DNA from: Paracoccus sp. (in: a-proteobacteria)
GTDB taxonomy: Bacteria > Pseudomonadota > Alphaproteobacteria > Rhodobacterales > Rhodobacteraceae
Reading direction: 5' to 3'
Assembly (NCBI GenBank): GCA_047973065.1
Contig: JBKEBH010000302.1
Coordinates: 567-64,566 of the forward strand
Length of the DNA stretch: 64,000 bases
A program made the position numbers and the translations under genes. The notes beneath the pieces are model-generated. The model searched no databases and was not told the DNA's origin. It worked only from the letters and a program-made list of their open reading frames with translations. Position 1 is the stretch's first letter; each line of letters begins with the position of its first letter. Shown here in pieces: positions 43,240 to 53,361 of this stretch.

Positions 43240-43393
43240 TCAATCCCGAAACATGTATTACGCGATAATCATACCATAGGCGAATCTTTGCCAGATTGCA
43301 CGGGATTGGGCAATGAGGCAGAAATTAATCTGCCCCTTGACGCGCCGGCCATGAAGGACAGACTGACCAGCTCAGACAATGGGAGAAATGCCG

Positions 43394-44521
43394 ATGAGAA
43401 CCCGTGCCGCCGTTGCCCTTGCCCCCGGTCAGCCGCTGGAGGTCATGGAGGTCGAACTTGATGCCCCGAAAGCCGGCGAAGTGCTGGTCGAGATCAAGGC
43501 GACCGGGATCTGCCATACCGATGAATTCACCCTTTCGGGCGCCGATCCCGAGGGGATTTTTCCGGCGATCCTCGGCCATGAAGGTGCCGGCGTGGTGATC
43601 GAGGTCGGCGAGGGTGTCACCAGCCTCAGGCCCGGCGATCACGTTATTCCGCTTTATACGCCCGAATGCCGGCAATGCGCCTCGTGCCTGTCGGGCAAGA
43701 CCAACCTGTGCACCGCGATCCGCGCCACGCAGGGTCAGGGGCTGATGCCGGACGGGACCACGCGTTTCCATATGCTCGATGGCACACCGATTCATCACTA
43801 TATGGGCTGCTCGACCTTCGCCAATCACACGGTCATGCCCGAGATTGCCCTGGCCAAGGTCCGCGAGGACGCGCCTTTCGACAAGATCTGCTATATCGGC
43901 TGCGGGGTTACCACCGGGATCGGCGCGGTGATCAATACCGCCAGGGTCGAGATCGGGGCGAAAGCCGTGGTCTTCGGGCTGGGCGGGATCGGGCTCAATG
44001 TCATTCAGGGCCTGCGCATGGCCGGGGCCGATATGATCATCGGCGTCGATCTGAACGATGACAAGCGCGCCATGGCCGAACATTTCGGCATGACCCATTT
44101 CATCAATCCCGCGCGCTGCGACAATGTCGTGCAGGAAATTGTCAATCTGACCAGGACCCCCTTTGATCAGATCGGCGGGGCCGATTACAGCTTCGATTGC
44201 ACCGGCAATGTGAAGGTGATGCGCGATGCGCTGGAATGCACCCATCGCGGCTGGGGGGTCTCGGTGGTGATCGGGGTCGCGCCTGCGGGGGCCGAAATCA
44301 GCACGCGTCCTTTCCAACTTGTGACCGGAAGGATCTGGAAAGGCACGGCTTTTGGCGGGGCGCGCGGGCGCACCGATGTGCCGGGGATCGTCGATTGGTA
44401 CATGGCCGGCAAGATCGAGATCGACCCGATGATCACCCACAAGCTGAGCCTGGACGACATCAACAAGGGGTTCGATCTGATGCATGCGGGCGAATCCATC
44501 CGCTCGGTGGTGGTGTACTGA
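43394..44521 (+). CDS. frmA: S-(hydroxymethyl)glutathione dehydrogenase / class III alcohol dehydrogenase
   Basis: GICHTD, GHEGAG, CRQCASC..TNLC and [11 protein letters not shown]. Confidence 0.95.
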   Translation: MRTRAAVALAPGQPLEVMEVELDAPKAGEVLVEIKATGICHTDEFTLSGADPEGIFPAILGHEGAGVVIEVGEGVTSLRPGDHVIPLYTPECRQCASCLSGKTNLCTAIRATQGQGLMPDGTTRFHMLDGTPIHHYMGCSTFANHTVMPEIALAKVREDAPFDKICYIGCGVTTGIGAVINTARVEIGAKAVVFGLGGIGLNVIQGLRMAGADMIIGVDLNDDKRAMAEHFGMTHFINPARCDNVVQEIVNLTRTPFDQIGGADYSFDCTGNVKVMRDALECTHRGWGVSVVIGVAPAGAEISTRPFQLVTGRIWKGTAFGGARGRTDVPGIVDWYMAGKIEIDPMITHKLSLDDINKGFDLMHAGESIRSVVVY

Positions 44522-44523
44522 GC

Positions 44524-45105
44524 GTGCGCGGGGCGCTGACCATCCGCCCGGCCGGCCTCGGCGATCACGATGCGGTCTGGCGGGTGCTGGAGCCGGTCTA
44601 CCGCGCTGGCGAAACCTATTGCATCGACCGCGATATCGGGCGCGAGGCGGCGCTGGCGGATTGGTTCGCCGCGCCCTTCACCGTCTTTGTCGCCGAGAAA
44701 GACGGACAGGTGCTGGGCACCAGCCATGTCGGGCGCAACCGGCCCGGCCCGGCCGCGCATGTCGCCAATGCCAGTTTCGCGACTGCGCCTGAGGCGCGCG
44801 GGCAGGGCGTGGCCAGCGCGCTTGTCACCCATGCGCTGGATTGGGCCCGCGGCCAGGGCTTTCGCGCCATGCAGTTCAATTTTGTCGTCGCAACCAATGA
44901 AGGTGCCGTCCGGGCCTGGCAGCGCGCCGGTTTCGACATCGTCGGCCGCCTGCCGGGCGCGTTCCTGCATCCCGAAAAGGGCTATGTTGATGGGCTGGTG
45001 ATGTATCGGAGTCTGGTGGAGGGGGCCTCTCCAGGCAACCAGGACAGCGATGCGGCCTTGGAGCTCGGCGATCTGGCGGTCGAGGTTGCGCTCGCGCGCG
45101 CATGA
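44524..45105 (+). CDS. GNAT acetyltransferase, C-terminus apparently extended into foreign sequence
   Basis: HVANASF, ARGQGVA, MQFNFVVATN and GYVDGLVMYRSL. GTG at 44524 lies just after the frmA stop. Confidence 0.85.
   Translation: MRGALTIRPAGLGDHDAVWRVLEPVYRAGETYCIDRDIGREAALADWFAAPFTVFVAEKDGQVLGTSHVGRNRPGPAAHVANASFATAPEARGQGVASALVTHALDWARGQGFRAMQFNFVVATNEGAVRAWQRAGFDIVGRLPGAFLHPEKGYVDGLVMYRSLVEGASPGNQDSDAALELGDLAVEVALARA
45040..45099 (-). mobile_element. Possible IS5-family (IS903-like) transposase C-terminal remnant
   Basis: The minus frame reads ARERNLDRQIAELQGRIAVL. From memory this resembles the ARDFDRQVAELQVRIAVL C-terminus of rhodobacteral IS5 transposases. Confidence 0.5.
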
Positions 45106-45366
45106 TCGTCGACAACCTCGCTCGGGCTGCCCAGACGACGGAAAGTACAATCTCGGGTGGCGTCGTCAGGCGTTCATATTGATCGCACTGGCCAACTCGG
45201 CGACAGGCATTCCATACGCGCAGAAGGAAACTGCTCCGCCTCGCGAACTCCATCGACAGCCTGCCAGGATTGATCAGGATAATTGTCGATCCTTGGCATC
45301 AATTGCAGGTTTACGAATAAGCAGGCGACCCGAAGGCCGCCTGCTTCCCTGATCATAGCATGCTGC

Positions 45367-45825
45367 TCAGGCCAAAAAGACGTCTGCGAAGATGAAATCG
45401 TCCGTAGTCAGCGCACTGGCATCCAGCGGCGTGTCCGCATCGAAGCGCAGCACAAGCTCTGTCTCTCCGGTACGATCAGCGATCTCAATCCACCTGACCG
45501 ACCCGTCGCTACGCAACTGGTTGGAAATGGTGATGTCCTCCATCCCAGAGGCGAAAGCCGAAAGGTCGAGAAGGTCTGTTCCCGGATCAAAGCCGCGAAC
45601 CAGATGGACCACCCCGTCATCGGCCATGATCACAGTTTGAATGGGCCATTCCAGTTGGATGTCATCTGGTGTTGAAGATCCGCTGTCCTGAACGATAATC
45701 GGCCATGATTGCGCATCCCCCTCGAATCTCCAGCCAAATTCCCGGATCAGGTATTCCCGCGCCTCTTCGCCTGCATGATCATACATCAGCCCGGCAGCCC
45801 CGACAGGGACCCCGCGCCGAACGCC
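45367..45825 (-). pseudogene. C-terminal fragment of a large type I-secreted surface protein (DUF285/BspA-like cap plus RTX-type C-terminal signal)
   Basis: The frame stays open upstream of Met: GVRRGVPVGAAGLMYDHAGEEAREYLIREFGW. It ends FDPGTDLLDLS...ALTTDDFIF and abuts the tctA remnant with no room for a 5' part. Confidence 0.55.
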
Positions 45826-45829
45826 GCCC

Positions 45830-46986
45830 GTGCCAGCAGGGACGGGCCGGGGTCGCGCTGTTCGTGTCGATGATCTCGTCTTTTACCGGCTCGATCCTGG
45901 GGATCGCGGTGCTGGTGGTGATGGCTGGCTTGCTGTCGCGCACCGCCACCGCCTTTGGCGCCGCCGATTACGCGTCGATGATGATCCTTGGGTTGGTTGC
46001 GGCCTCGACCATCGGCACCGGGCGTTCGGCCAAGGGCTTTGCCATGGTAGTGCTTGGCATGATCCTCGGCTGCGTCGGCACCGACGTCAATTCCGGGCGC
46101 AGCGCTTTACCTTCGGCCAGACCGAGCTGATGGACGGCATCAATCTGGTGGCGCTTGCCATGGGCCTGTTTGGCGTGGCCGAGGTCATCGGTAATATCCG
46201 CAATGCTGAATGTCAGGTCGCACCGCCGCGGGTCAGTCTGCGCGAGATGATGCCGACCCGGGCCGAGCTGCGCCGGATCCCGATGCCGGCCCTGCGCGGC
46301 ACTGCGCTTGACAGCTTTTTCGGGGCGCTGCCCGGGACCGGATCGACGCTGTCATCGTTTCTCAGCTATGCGCTGGACGGTGGGTCTCGCGCCATCCCGA
46401 GACCTTCGGCAATGGCGCGATCGAGGGGATCGCCGCGCCGGAATCGGCCAATAATGCCGCCTCGATCACGGCCTTCGTTCCGACCCTGGCCCTGGGCATT
46501 CCCGGCGATCCGATCATGGCGCTGATTCTGGGTGCGCTTGTCATTCATGGCATCCAGCCCGGCCCGATGATGCTGGAGGCCCGGCCCGAGATGTTCTGGG
46601 GCCTCGTGGTCAGCTTCGGGATCGGCAACCTGCTGCTCTTGATCCTGAACCTGCCGCTGATCGGGATCTGGGTGTCGATGCTGTGCATCCCTTTCCGCTA
46701 TCTTTATCTGGCGATCCTGATCTTCGTCTGTCTGAGCGTTTATTCGGTGCGCGGCTCGACCTTCGATATCGCCGCCGTCGCGGTGATTGGTTTGGCCGGC
46801 TATCTGCTGGCGCTGGCGCAGTTCAGTCCGCTGATCGAGACCAACCTGCGCCGGGCCATGCTGATTTCGCGCGGGGATCCGATGGTGTTTCTGGAACGTC
46901 CGATTTCCTGCGTCTTTGTGATCGCAACGGCGGGCCTGATCGCGCTGTCGATCTGGCAGGCCGTCAGGCAGCGCCGGGCCGGGTAG
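45830..46986 (+). pseudogene. tctA: Tripartite tricarboxylate transporter permease TctA, 5'-truncated with two frameshifts
   Basis: TctA motifs are spread over three frames: QQGRAGVAL..GTDVNSG; RFTFG..GLFGVAEV..LPGTG; APESANNA..LGIPG..HGIQPGP. Shifts occur near 46097 and 46378. Confidence 0.88.
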
Positions 46987-47057
46987 GCTGCGCCCGTTTC
47001 CGGGGCGCAGCAGATATGCGAGATGCTTGACCGAATCGTGCGCCTCGGTTAGTCATA

Positions 47058-47071
47058 TTGGAACGGTCCAA
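47058..47071. promoter_or_regulatory. Putative LacI-family operator
   Basis: TTGGAACGGTCCAA is a near-palindrome with central CG, about 30 bp upstream of the operon start. The operon encodes a LacI regulator. Confidence 0.6.
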
Positions 47072-47099
47072 AATCTTGGATCAAGGGGGAGGATAGCTC

Positions 47100-48107
47100 A
47101 TGAAATGGGGTTTGATTGGCGCCAGCGCCATCGCTGAAGGTCGGATGATCGACGCGTTTCGCGGCAATGGCGATGAGGTGATCTCGGTTCAAAGCGGCGG
47201 GCAGGCCCGGGCCGATGAATTCGCCGCCAAGAATGGCATCGATCACGCCACCACTGAAATCGATGCGCTGCTGGCGCAGCCCGGTCTCGATGCGGTTTAT
47301 ATTTCCTCGACCAATGAAAAGCACTTCGCTCAGGCGATGGCGGCAATTGCGGCGGGCAAGCATGTGCTGTGCGAAAAGCCACTGGCCATGTCGCTGGATG
47401 ATGCGGTAAGCATGGTCCGTGCCGCCGATGCCGCCGGGCTGGTCTTTGCCACCAATCACCATTTGCGCAACGCCGCCAGCCACCGCGCTATCCGCGATCT
47501 GATCCGTCAGGGCGGGATCGGCGAGGTGCTGAGCGCGCGGGTCTTCCACGCGGTCAGCCTGCCCGAGGCCCTGCGCGGCTGGCGCATCGACAATGCCGGG
47601 GCCGGCGGCGGGGTCACTCTGGATATCGTCGTTCATGATGCCGATACCGTCCGCTTCCATCTGGGCGAAAGCCCGGCCGAGGTTGTCGCCATGTCGGTCG
47701 ATGGCCGCATGGGGCAGGGGGTTGAGGACAGCGTGATGTCGGTCTGGCAGATGCCTTCGGGCGTGCAGGTCCAGACCCATGAAAGCTTCACCCATACCCA
47801 TGCCTCCACCGGGATCGAGTTCCACGGCACCGAGGGCTCGATTGTGGCGCGCAATGTCATGACCCAGAACCCGAATGGCGAGGTGCTGCTGATGCGCCGC
47901 GACCAGACGCCGATGCCGGTCGCCTTTGTGCCCGAAGATCTTTATCTGCGCGGCGTCCGCAGCTTTGGTGAAGCCGCAACCGGCAGAGGCCGCGTGGCGG
48001 CCGACGGGCGCGACGGCGTGGCCTCTCTGGCGGTTGCGCTGGCGGTGCTGGACGCGTCGGGCAGCGGTCAGCGCACGGTGGTCAATTACGGAGGGCTCGA
48101 TGTCTAA
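47100..48107 (+). CDS. afr: Gfo/Idh/MocA oxidoreductase, 1,5-anhydro-D-fructose reductase-like
   Basis: WGLIGASAIA, HVLCEKPLAM, TNHHLRNAASH, ARVFHAV.LP..L.GWR and GGGV.LDI.VHDADT match recalled Sinorhizobium Afr motifs. Confidence 0.85.
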   Translation: MKWGLIGASAIAEGRMIDAFRGNGDEVISVQSGGQARADEFAAKNGIDHATTEIDALLAQPGLDAVYISSTNEKHFAQAMAAIAAGKHVLCEKPLAMSLDDAVSMVRAADAAGLVFATNHHLRNAASHRAIRDLIRQGGIGEVLSARVFHAVSLPEALRGWRIDNAGAGGGVTLDIVVHDADTVRFHLGESPAEVVAMSVDGRMGQGVEDSVMSVWQMPSGVQVQTHESFTHTHASTGIEFHGTEGSIVARNVMTQNPNGEVLLMRRDQTPMPVAFVPEDLYLRGVRSFGEAATGRGRVAADGRDGVASLAVALAVLDASGSGQRTVVNYGGLDV

Positions 48108-49671
48108 GCTGGTTTCGGCCACCGAAGCGGCGTCGCGCATTCCCGATGGGGCGGTGGTTTCGGTCTCCTCGTCTTCGGGGCTCGGATGCCCGGACAAGGT
48201 CCTGGCGGCGATTGGCGAATGGTTCGACCGCCACGGCCATCCCCGCAATCTCACCACACTGCATCCGATTGCCGCCGGGGATATGTATGGGATCAAAGGC
48301 GTCGATCACATCGCCAAGGACGGGCTGCTGCTGCGCATCATCGCCGGGTCTTACCCGTCGGGGCCGTCCTCGCTGCCGATGCCGGAAATCTGGCGCATGG
48401 TCGTCGAAAACCGGGTGGCCGCCTATAACGTGCCCTCGGGGATCATGTTCGATATGAACCGCGATGCCGGCGCGCGCCGGCCGGGGGTGCTGACCCAGGT
48501 CGGGCTGGACACCTTTGTCGATCCGATCCGCGAAGGCTGCGCGATGAACGATCGCGCCGCCAGCCAGCCGATCGTGCACCGCCGCGATTTCGACGGCGAA
48601 ACTTGGCTGCATTTTCCCAATATCATCCCTCATGTCGCCATCATCCGCGCCACCACCGCCGATGAGCATGGCAATCTGACCTATGAACATGAGGGCGCCT
48701 ATCTGGGCGGGCTCGAACAGGCGGTGACGGTCAAGAACCATGGCGGGTTGGTGATCGCGCAGGTTCAGCGCATGACCGCGCGCGGGTCCTTGCGCCCCCA
48801 TGACGTGCATGTGCCCGGTCACCTCGTCGATCTGATCGTGGTCGACGAAGATCAGCGCCAGACCACGGAAACCCTCTACGATCCGGCGATCTCGGGTCAG
48901 ATCATGCGGCCCTGGGACAGCTTCAGCCTTGCCGAATACGGGGTCGAAAAGATCATCGCCCGCCGCGCCGCGATGGAGCTGAAGCGCGGGCAGACCGCCA
49001 ATCTCGGCTTCGGGATCAGCGCCATGGTGCCGCGCATCCTGCTGGAAGCGGGCGAGCCCGAGGCCGTGACCTGGGCAATCGAACAGGGCGCGGTCGGCGG
49101 CATGCCCCTGACCGGCTTCGCCTTCGGCTGCGCCTCGAATGCCGATGCCTTCATGCCTTCGCCCCAGCAGTTCACCTATTTCCAGGGTGGCGGCTTCGAT
49201 GTCTCGTTCCTGTCCTTCCTGGAGATCGACCGGGACGGCAATGTCAATGTCTCGAAGCTGGGCAAGAAGCCTTATCTGACAGCGGGTTGCGGCGGCTTTG
49301 TCGATATCACCGCCAACGCGCCCGAGCTGGTCTTTTCGGGCTTTTTCGAGGCCGGCGCCGATCTGGACCTGTCTGAAGACGGGCTGCGGGTGTGCAGTCC
49401 CGGCAAATTCGCCAAGATGGTCGATCAGGTCGAACATGTGACCTTCGCCGGCCGGCGCGCGCTTGCCCGTGGGCAGAAGGTGCTTTATGTGACCGAGCGC
49501 TGCGTGATGCGGATGACCGAAACCGGGCTGATCGCGACCGAGATCATGCCGGGGATCGAGCCCGAGCGCGATATCGTGCAGGCATCGCAGGGTCGGGTAC
49601 GCATTGCCGATGACGCCATCGACATGCCGAAAGCCCTGCTGAGCGAAGGCGCGATGGAGCTGGCGCTGTGA
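48100..49671 (+). CDS. Family I acyl-CoA:acetate CoA-transferase (YdiF/Pct-like, fused alpha-beta)
   Basis: VGLDTFVDP, ANLGFGI, catalytic IEQG, GNVNVS, GCGGFVDIT and YVTERCV. Confidence 0.9.
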   Translation: MSKLVSATEAASRIPDGAVVSVSSSSGLGCPDKVLAAIGEWFDRHGHPRNLTTLHPIAAGDMYGIKGVDHIAKDGLLLRIIAGSYPSGPSSLPMPEIWRMVVENRVAAYNVPSGIMFDMNRDAGARRPGVLTQVGLDTFVDPIREGCAMNDRAASQPIVHRRDFDGETWLHFPNIIPHVAIIRATTADEHGNLTYEHEGAYLGGLEQAVTVKNHGGLVIAQVQRMTARGSLRPHDVHVPGHLVDLIVVDEDQRQTTETLYDPAISGQIMRPWDSFSLAEYGVEKIIARRAAMELKRGQTANLGFGISAMVPRILLEAGEPEAVTWAIEQGAVGGMPLTGFAFGCASNADAFMPSPQQFTYFQGGGFDVSFLSFLEIDRDGNVNVSKLGKKPYLTAGCGGFVDITANAPELVFSGFFEAGADLDLSEDGLRVCSPGKFAKMVDQVEHVTFAGRRALARGQKVLYVTERCVMRMTETGLIATEIMPGIEPERDIVQASQGRVRIADDAIDMPKALLSEGAMELAL

Positions 49672-50438
49672 CGGCCACGCTCGATCTGACCATGGCGGAT
49701 GGCATTGCCACGCTGAGCCTGAACAATCCGGCGCGGCTCAATGCCTTCACGCCGGATATGCTGGCGCAGCTGGAAAGCCATTGCGCCGCGCTGGAATGCC
49801 GCCCCGAAATCCGCTGCGTGATCCTGCGCGGCGAGGGCGAGCGCGCCTTTTGCGCAGGGGCCGACATCAAGGCCTGGGCGCCGCTCTCGCCCTTTGACTT
49901 CGCCCGCCACTGGGTGCGCGAGGGCCATCGGATTTTTGACCGGCTGGCCCGGCTGTCGAAACCGGTGATCGGCGTCATCCACGCCCCTGCCTTTGGCGGC
50001 GGGCTGGAACTGGCGGCCTGCTGCGATATCCGGGTCATGGCCCCGGCGGCGACGCTGGCCCTGCCCGAAGCGCAGGTCGGCATCGTGCCGGGCTGGTCGG
50101 GCACGCAGCGTCTGGCCCGGCTGATCCCCGAGCCGATGCTGAAGGAAATGGCGATCTTCGGACGCCGGATCGGCGCAGAGCGGGCGCTTGGCTGCGGCTT
50201 TGTGGCCGAACTGTCCGATGATCCGCTGGCCGCTGCGCAGGAAATGGCCGCGAAGCTGCATGCCGCCTCGCCGCGCGCGGCGGAGGTCGCGAAACACATG
50301 ATTCATGCCGGCGCGGGCGAAGATCGCGGCGCCATGATCGAGGCGCTTGGATCGGGCATGATCGGTGCCAGCGCCGACAAGGCCGAGGGCGTGAGCGCCT
50401 TCATCGAGAAACGCAAACCCGTCTTTCCGGGGGAATGA
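49668..50438 (+). CDS. Enoyl-CoA hydratase/isomerase
   Basis: AFCAGADI, GGGLELA and PEAQVGIVPG. Confidence 0.92.
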   Translation: MTATLDLTMADGIATLSLNNPARLNAFTPDMLAQLESHCAALECRPEIRCVILRGEGERAFCAGADIKAWAPLSPFDFARHWVREGHRIFDRLARLSKPVIGVIHAPAFGGGLELAACCDIRVMAPAATLALPEAQVGIVPGWSGTQRLARLIPEPMLKEMAIFGRRIGAERALGCGFVAELSDDPLAAAQEMAAKLHAASPRAAEVAKHMIHAGAGEDRGAMIEALGSGMIGASADKAEGVSAFIEKRKPVFPGE

Positions 50439-50439
50439 C

Positions 50440-51957
50440 ATGACCGAACTGACCGTTATCGCCGCCTCTGGCGCCCAGCTTCCCGAAGCCTTCACTGGCC
50501 GCCATCTGATTGCCGGCCAATGGCAAGGCAGCGCCGATGGCGCGAGTTTTGATCGGGTCTCGCCCTCGCATGGCGTGGTGGTCAGCCGCTCCGCCAAAGG
50601 CGGGGCCGTGGAAACCGAAGCGGCGATCGCCGCCGCCCGGGCCGCATTCGACGAAGGCAGCTGGCGGCAGATGGCCGGCAAGGACCGCGCGGTGCTTTTG
50701 AACCGCGTCGCCGATCTGATCGACCGCGAACGCGAACGCATCGCCGTGATCGAGGTGCTGGAATCGGGCAAGCCGATTGCGCAGGCGCGCGGCGAGATCG
50801 AGGGGGCGGCGGATCTTTGGCGCTATGCCGCAGCTCTGGCGCGGATGGTGCATGGCGAAAGCCATAACAATCTTGGCCCTGACATGCTGGGCGTGGTGCT
50901 GAAGGAACCGATCGGGGTTGCGGCCCTGATTGCCCCCTGGAACTTTCCCTTCCTGATCGTCAGCCAGAAGCTGCCCTTTGCGCTGGCGGCGGGCTGCACG
51001 GCGGTCGTGAAGCCGTCGGAAATGACGCCCTCGACCACGGTCATCCTAGGTGAGTTGCTGATCGAGGCCGGGGTGCCGGCCGGTGTGGTCAATATCGTTC
51101 TGGGTTACGGCGATCCGGTCGGGGCGATCATGTCCTCCGATCCGCGCGTCGATATGGTCAGCTTCACCGGCTCGACCGGGGTTGGCAAGCGGATTGTCGC
51201 GGCGGCCTCGGGCACGCTGAAGAAAGTGTCGCTGGAACTTGGCGGCAAGAACCCGCAGGTGATCTTCCCCGATGCCGATCTGGAAGCGGCGGCGGATGCG
51301 ATTGTCTTCGGGGTCTATTTCAACATGGGCGAGTGCTGCAATTCGGGCAGCCGCATCATCGTCCATGAAGATATCGCCGAGGAGCTGCTGGCCAGGGTCA
51401 CGGCGCTGTCGGCCAGGGTGCCGTTCGGCGATCCGCTCGATCCGTGCACCAGGGTCGGCGCGATCATCTCGGACGAGCATCAGGCCAAGATCGACGGCTA
51501 TGTGCGGGATGCCGAAAAGGCCGGGGCGGAGGTGCTGATCGGCGGCGCGGCTCTGGATGTGCCGGGACTGGGGGGGCGCTTTTATGGCCCGACCGTGGTT
51601 GCCGGGGTGACGCCCGAGATGGCGATTGCCCGCGAGGAGGTCTTCGGCCCGGTTCTGTCGGTTCTGACCTTCCGCGAAGAAGACGAGGCCATTCGTCTGG
51701 CCAATGGTGCCGCCTATGGGCTTTCCGCCGGGGTTTGGAGCAAGGATGTGCATACTTGCCTGAATTTTGCGCGAAAGGTGCAGGCCGGGACAGTCTGGAC
51801 CAATACCTGGATGGACGGCTTTGCCGAAAGTCCCTTCGGCGGGGTCAAGGAAAGCGGGCAGGGGCGCGAATTGGGGCGTTATGGGTTGGAAGAATATCTG
51901 GAAGTTAAGACAATTCAGTTGCGTGTCGCGCGCGGAAGGGCATTCTGGGTTGATTAA
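50440..51957 (+). CDS. NAD(P)-dependent aldehyde dehydrogenase (L-sorbosone dehydrogenase-like)
   Basis: PWNFP, FTGST, ELGGKNP, GECCNSGSR and EEVFGPV. Confidence 0.92.
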   Translation: MTELTVIAASGAQLPEAFTGRHLIAGQWQGSADGASFDRVSPSHGVVVSRSAKGGAVETEAAIAAARAAFDEGSWRQMAGKDRAVLLNRVADLIDRERERIAVIEVLESGKPIAQARGEIEGAADLWRYAAALARMVHGESHNNLGPDMLGVVLKEPIGVAALIAPWNFPFLIVSQKLPFALAAGCTAVVKPSEMTPSTTVILGELLIEAGVPAGVVNIVLGYGDPVGAIMSSDPRVDMVSFTGSTGVGKRIVAAASGTLKKVSLELGGKNPQVIFPDADLEAAADAIVFGVYFNMGECCNSGSRIIVHEDIAEELLARVTALSARVPFGDPLDPCTRVGAIISDEHQAKIDGYVRDAEKAGAEVLIGGAALDVPGLGGRFYGPTVVAGVTPEMAIAREEVFGPVLSVLTFREEDEAIRLANGAAYGLSAGVWSKDVHTCLNFARKVQAGTVWTNTWMDGFAESPFGGVKESGQGRELGRYGLEEYLEVKTIQLRVARGRAFWVD

Positions 51958-52006
51958 TGCCGATTGATGAATTGTCGGCACAAGAAAACGCAAAAGGGAG
52001 GAAACT

Positions 52007-53263
52007 ATGCGTTCGAAACTGAAACTGGCGACCACGGCAGCGATGGCGCTTGGCCTGATGGCAAGCGTGGCAGCAGCCGAAGACGTCGAGGTCCTGCACT
52101 GGTGGACCGCCGGCGGTGAGGCCGCTGCGCTGAACGTGCTGAAGGAAAACCTCGCCGGCCAGGGTATCGGTTGGCAGGACATGCCGGTGGCGGGCGGCGG
52201 CGGTGAAGCCGCGATGACCGCGCTGCGCGCCCGTGTGGTGTCCGGCAATGCGCCGACCGCCGTGCAGATGCTGGGCTTTGACATCCTGGACTGGGCGAAT
52301 GAAGGCGACGTGCTGGCCGATCTGAGCCCGGCCGCGGAAGCGGGCAATTGGGATGCGGTCATTCCGGCGGCGATCCAGAAATTCTCCAAGCCCGATGGCA
52401 AATGGATTGCGGCCCCGGTCAATGTCCATTCGACCAACTGGGTCTGGGCCAACAAGGCGGTTCTCGATGAGCTCGGCATTGCCCAGCCGACCAATTGGGA
52501 CGAATTCACTGCCGCGCTTCAGAAGGTGAAGGATTCGGGCAAGGTCGCGCTGGCTCATGGCGGTCAGCCCTGGCAGGAAGCCACCATTTTCGACAGCGCC
52601 GTGCTGATCGCGGGCGGGCCGGAATTCTACCAGAAGTCGATGATCGATCTGGACCCCGAAGCGCTGAACTCGCCCGAAATGGTTGAAGCCTTCGACAAGA
52701 TGACCGAGCTGCGCGGTTTCGTGGACGACAACTTCTCGGGCCGCGACTGGAACCTGGCCTCGGCCATGGTCATCAATGGCGATGCGGCCTTCCAGATCAT
52801 GGGGGACTGGGCCAAGGGCGAATTCCTGCGCGCCGGCAAGGTGCCGGGTGAAGATTTCCTGTGCTTCCGCGTTCCGGGCACCGAGGGCGTCGTGACCTTC
52901 AATTCCGACGAATTCGTCATGTTCAAGCAGACTTCCGACGAAGCCAAGGCCGCCCAGATTGCCATGGCGGAAGCGGTGGAATCGCCGGAATTCCAGTCGG
53001 CTTTCAACATCGTCAAGGGCTCGGTCCCGGCGCGTACCGACGTCTCGCCCGAAGGGTTTGACGATTGCGGCAAGCAGGGCATGGAAGATCTGAAGGCAGC
53101 TTCCGAGGCCGGCACTCTGCTGGGCTCGATGGGCCATGGCCATGCCAACCCGGCCGCCGTGAAGAATGCGATGTATGACGTGATCACCGCGCAGTTCAAC
53201 GGCGAATACGACAGCGCGACCGCAGCGGAGGAGCTGCTGAACGCTGTCGAATCGGCCCAGTAA
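52007..53263 (+). CDS. Sugar ABC transporter substrate-binding protein (GtsA-like)
   Basis: Signal peptide, [18 protein letters not shown] and [11 protein letters not shown]. Confidence 0.92.
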   Translation: MRSKLKLATTAAMALGLMASVAAAEDVEVLHWWTAGGEAAALNVLKENLAGQGIGWQDMPVAGGGGEAAMTALRARVVSGNAPTAVQMLGFDILDWANEGDVLADLSPAAEAGNWDAVIPAAIQKFSKPDGKWIAAPVNVHSTNWVWANKAVLDELGIAQPTNWDEFTAALQKVKDSGKVALAHGGQPWQEATIFDSAVLIAGGPEFYQKSMIDLDPEALNSPEMVEAFDKMTELRGFVDDNFSGRDWNLASAMVINGDAAFQIMGDWAKGEFLRAGKVPGEDFLCFRVPGTEGVVTFNSDEFVMFKQTSDEAKAAQIAMAEAVESPEFQSAFNIVKGSVPARTDVSPEGFDDCGKQGMEDLKAASEAGTLLGSMGHGHANPAAVKNAMYDVITAQFNGEYDSATAAEELLNAVESAQ

Positions 53264-53280
53264 GCGGCCATTTGTGATCT

Positions 53281-53308
53281 GGCGGCAGCCCTTTCGGGGG
53301 CTGCCGCC
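53281..53308 (+). other. Intercistronic stem-loop after the SBP gene (mRNA stabiliser)
   Basis: ggcggcagccct-TTCG-ggggctgccgcc with no U-tract. Confidence 0.65.
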
Positions 53309-53361
53309 GCAAGAAGGCGCGGCAATGGGCCCGCCAGGAGGAGTTTTGAGGGAGGGGACAT

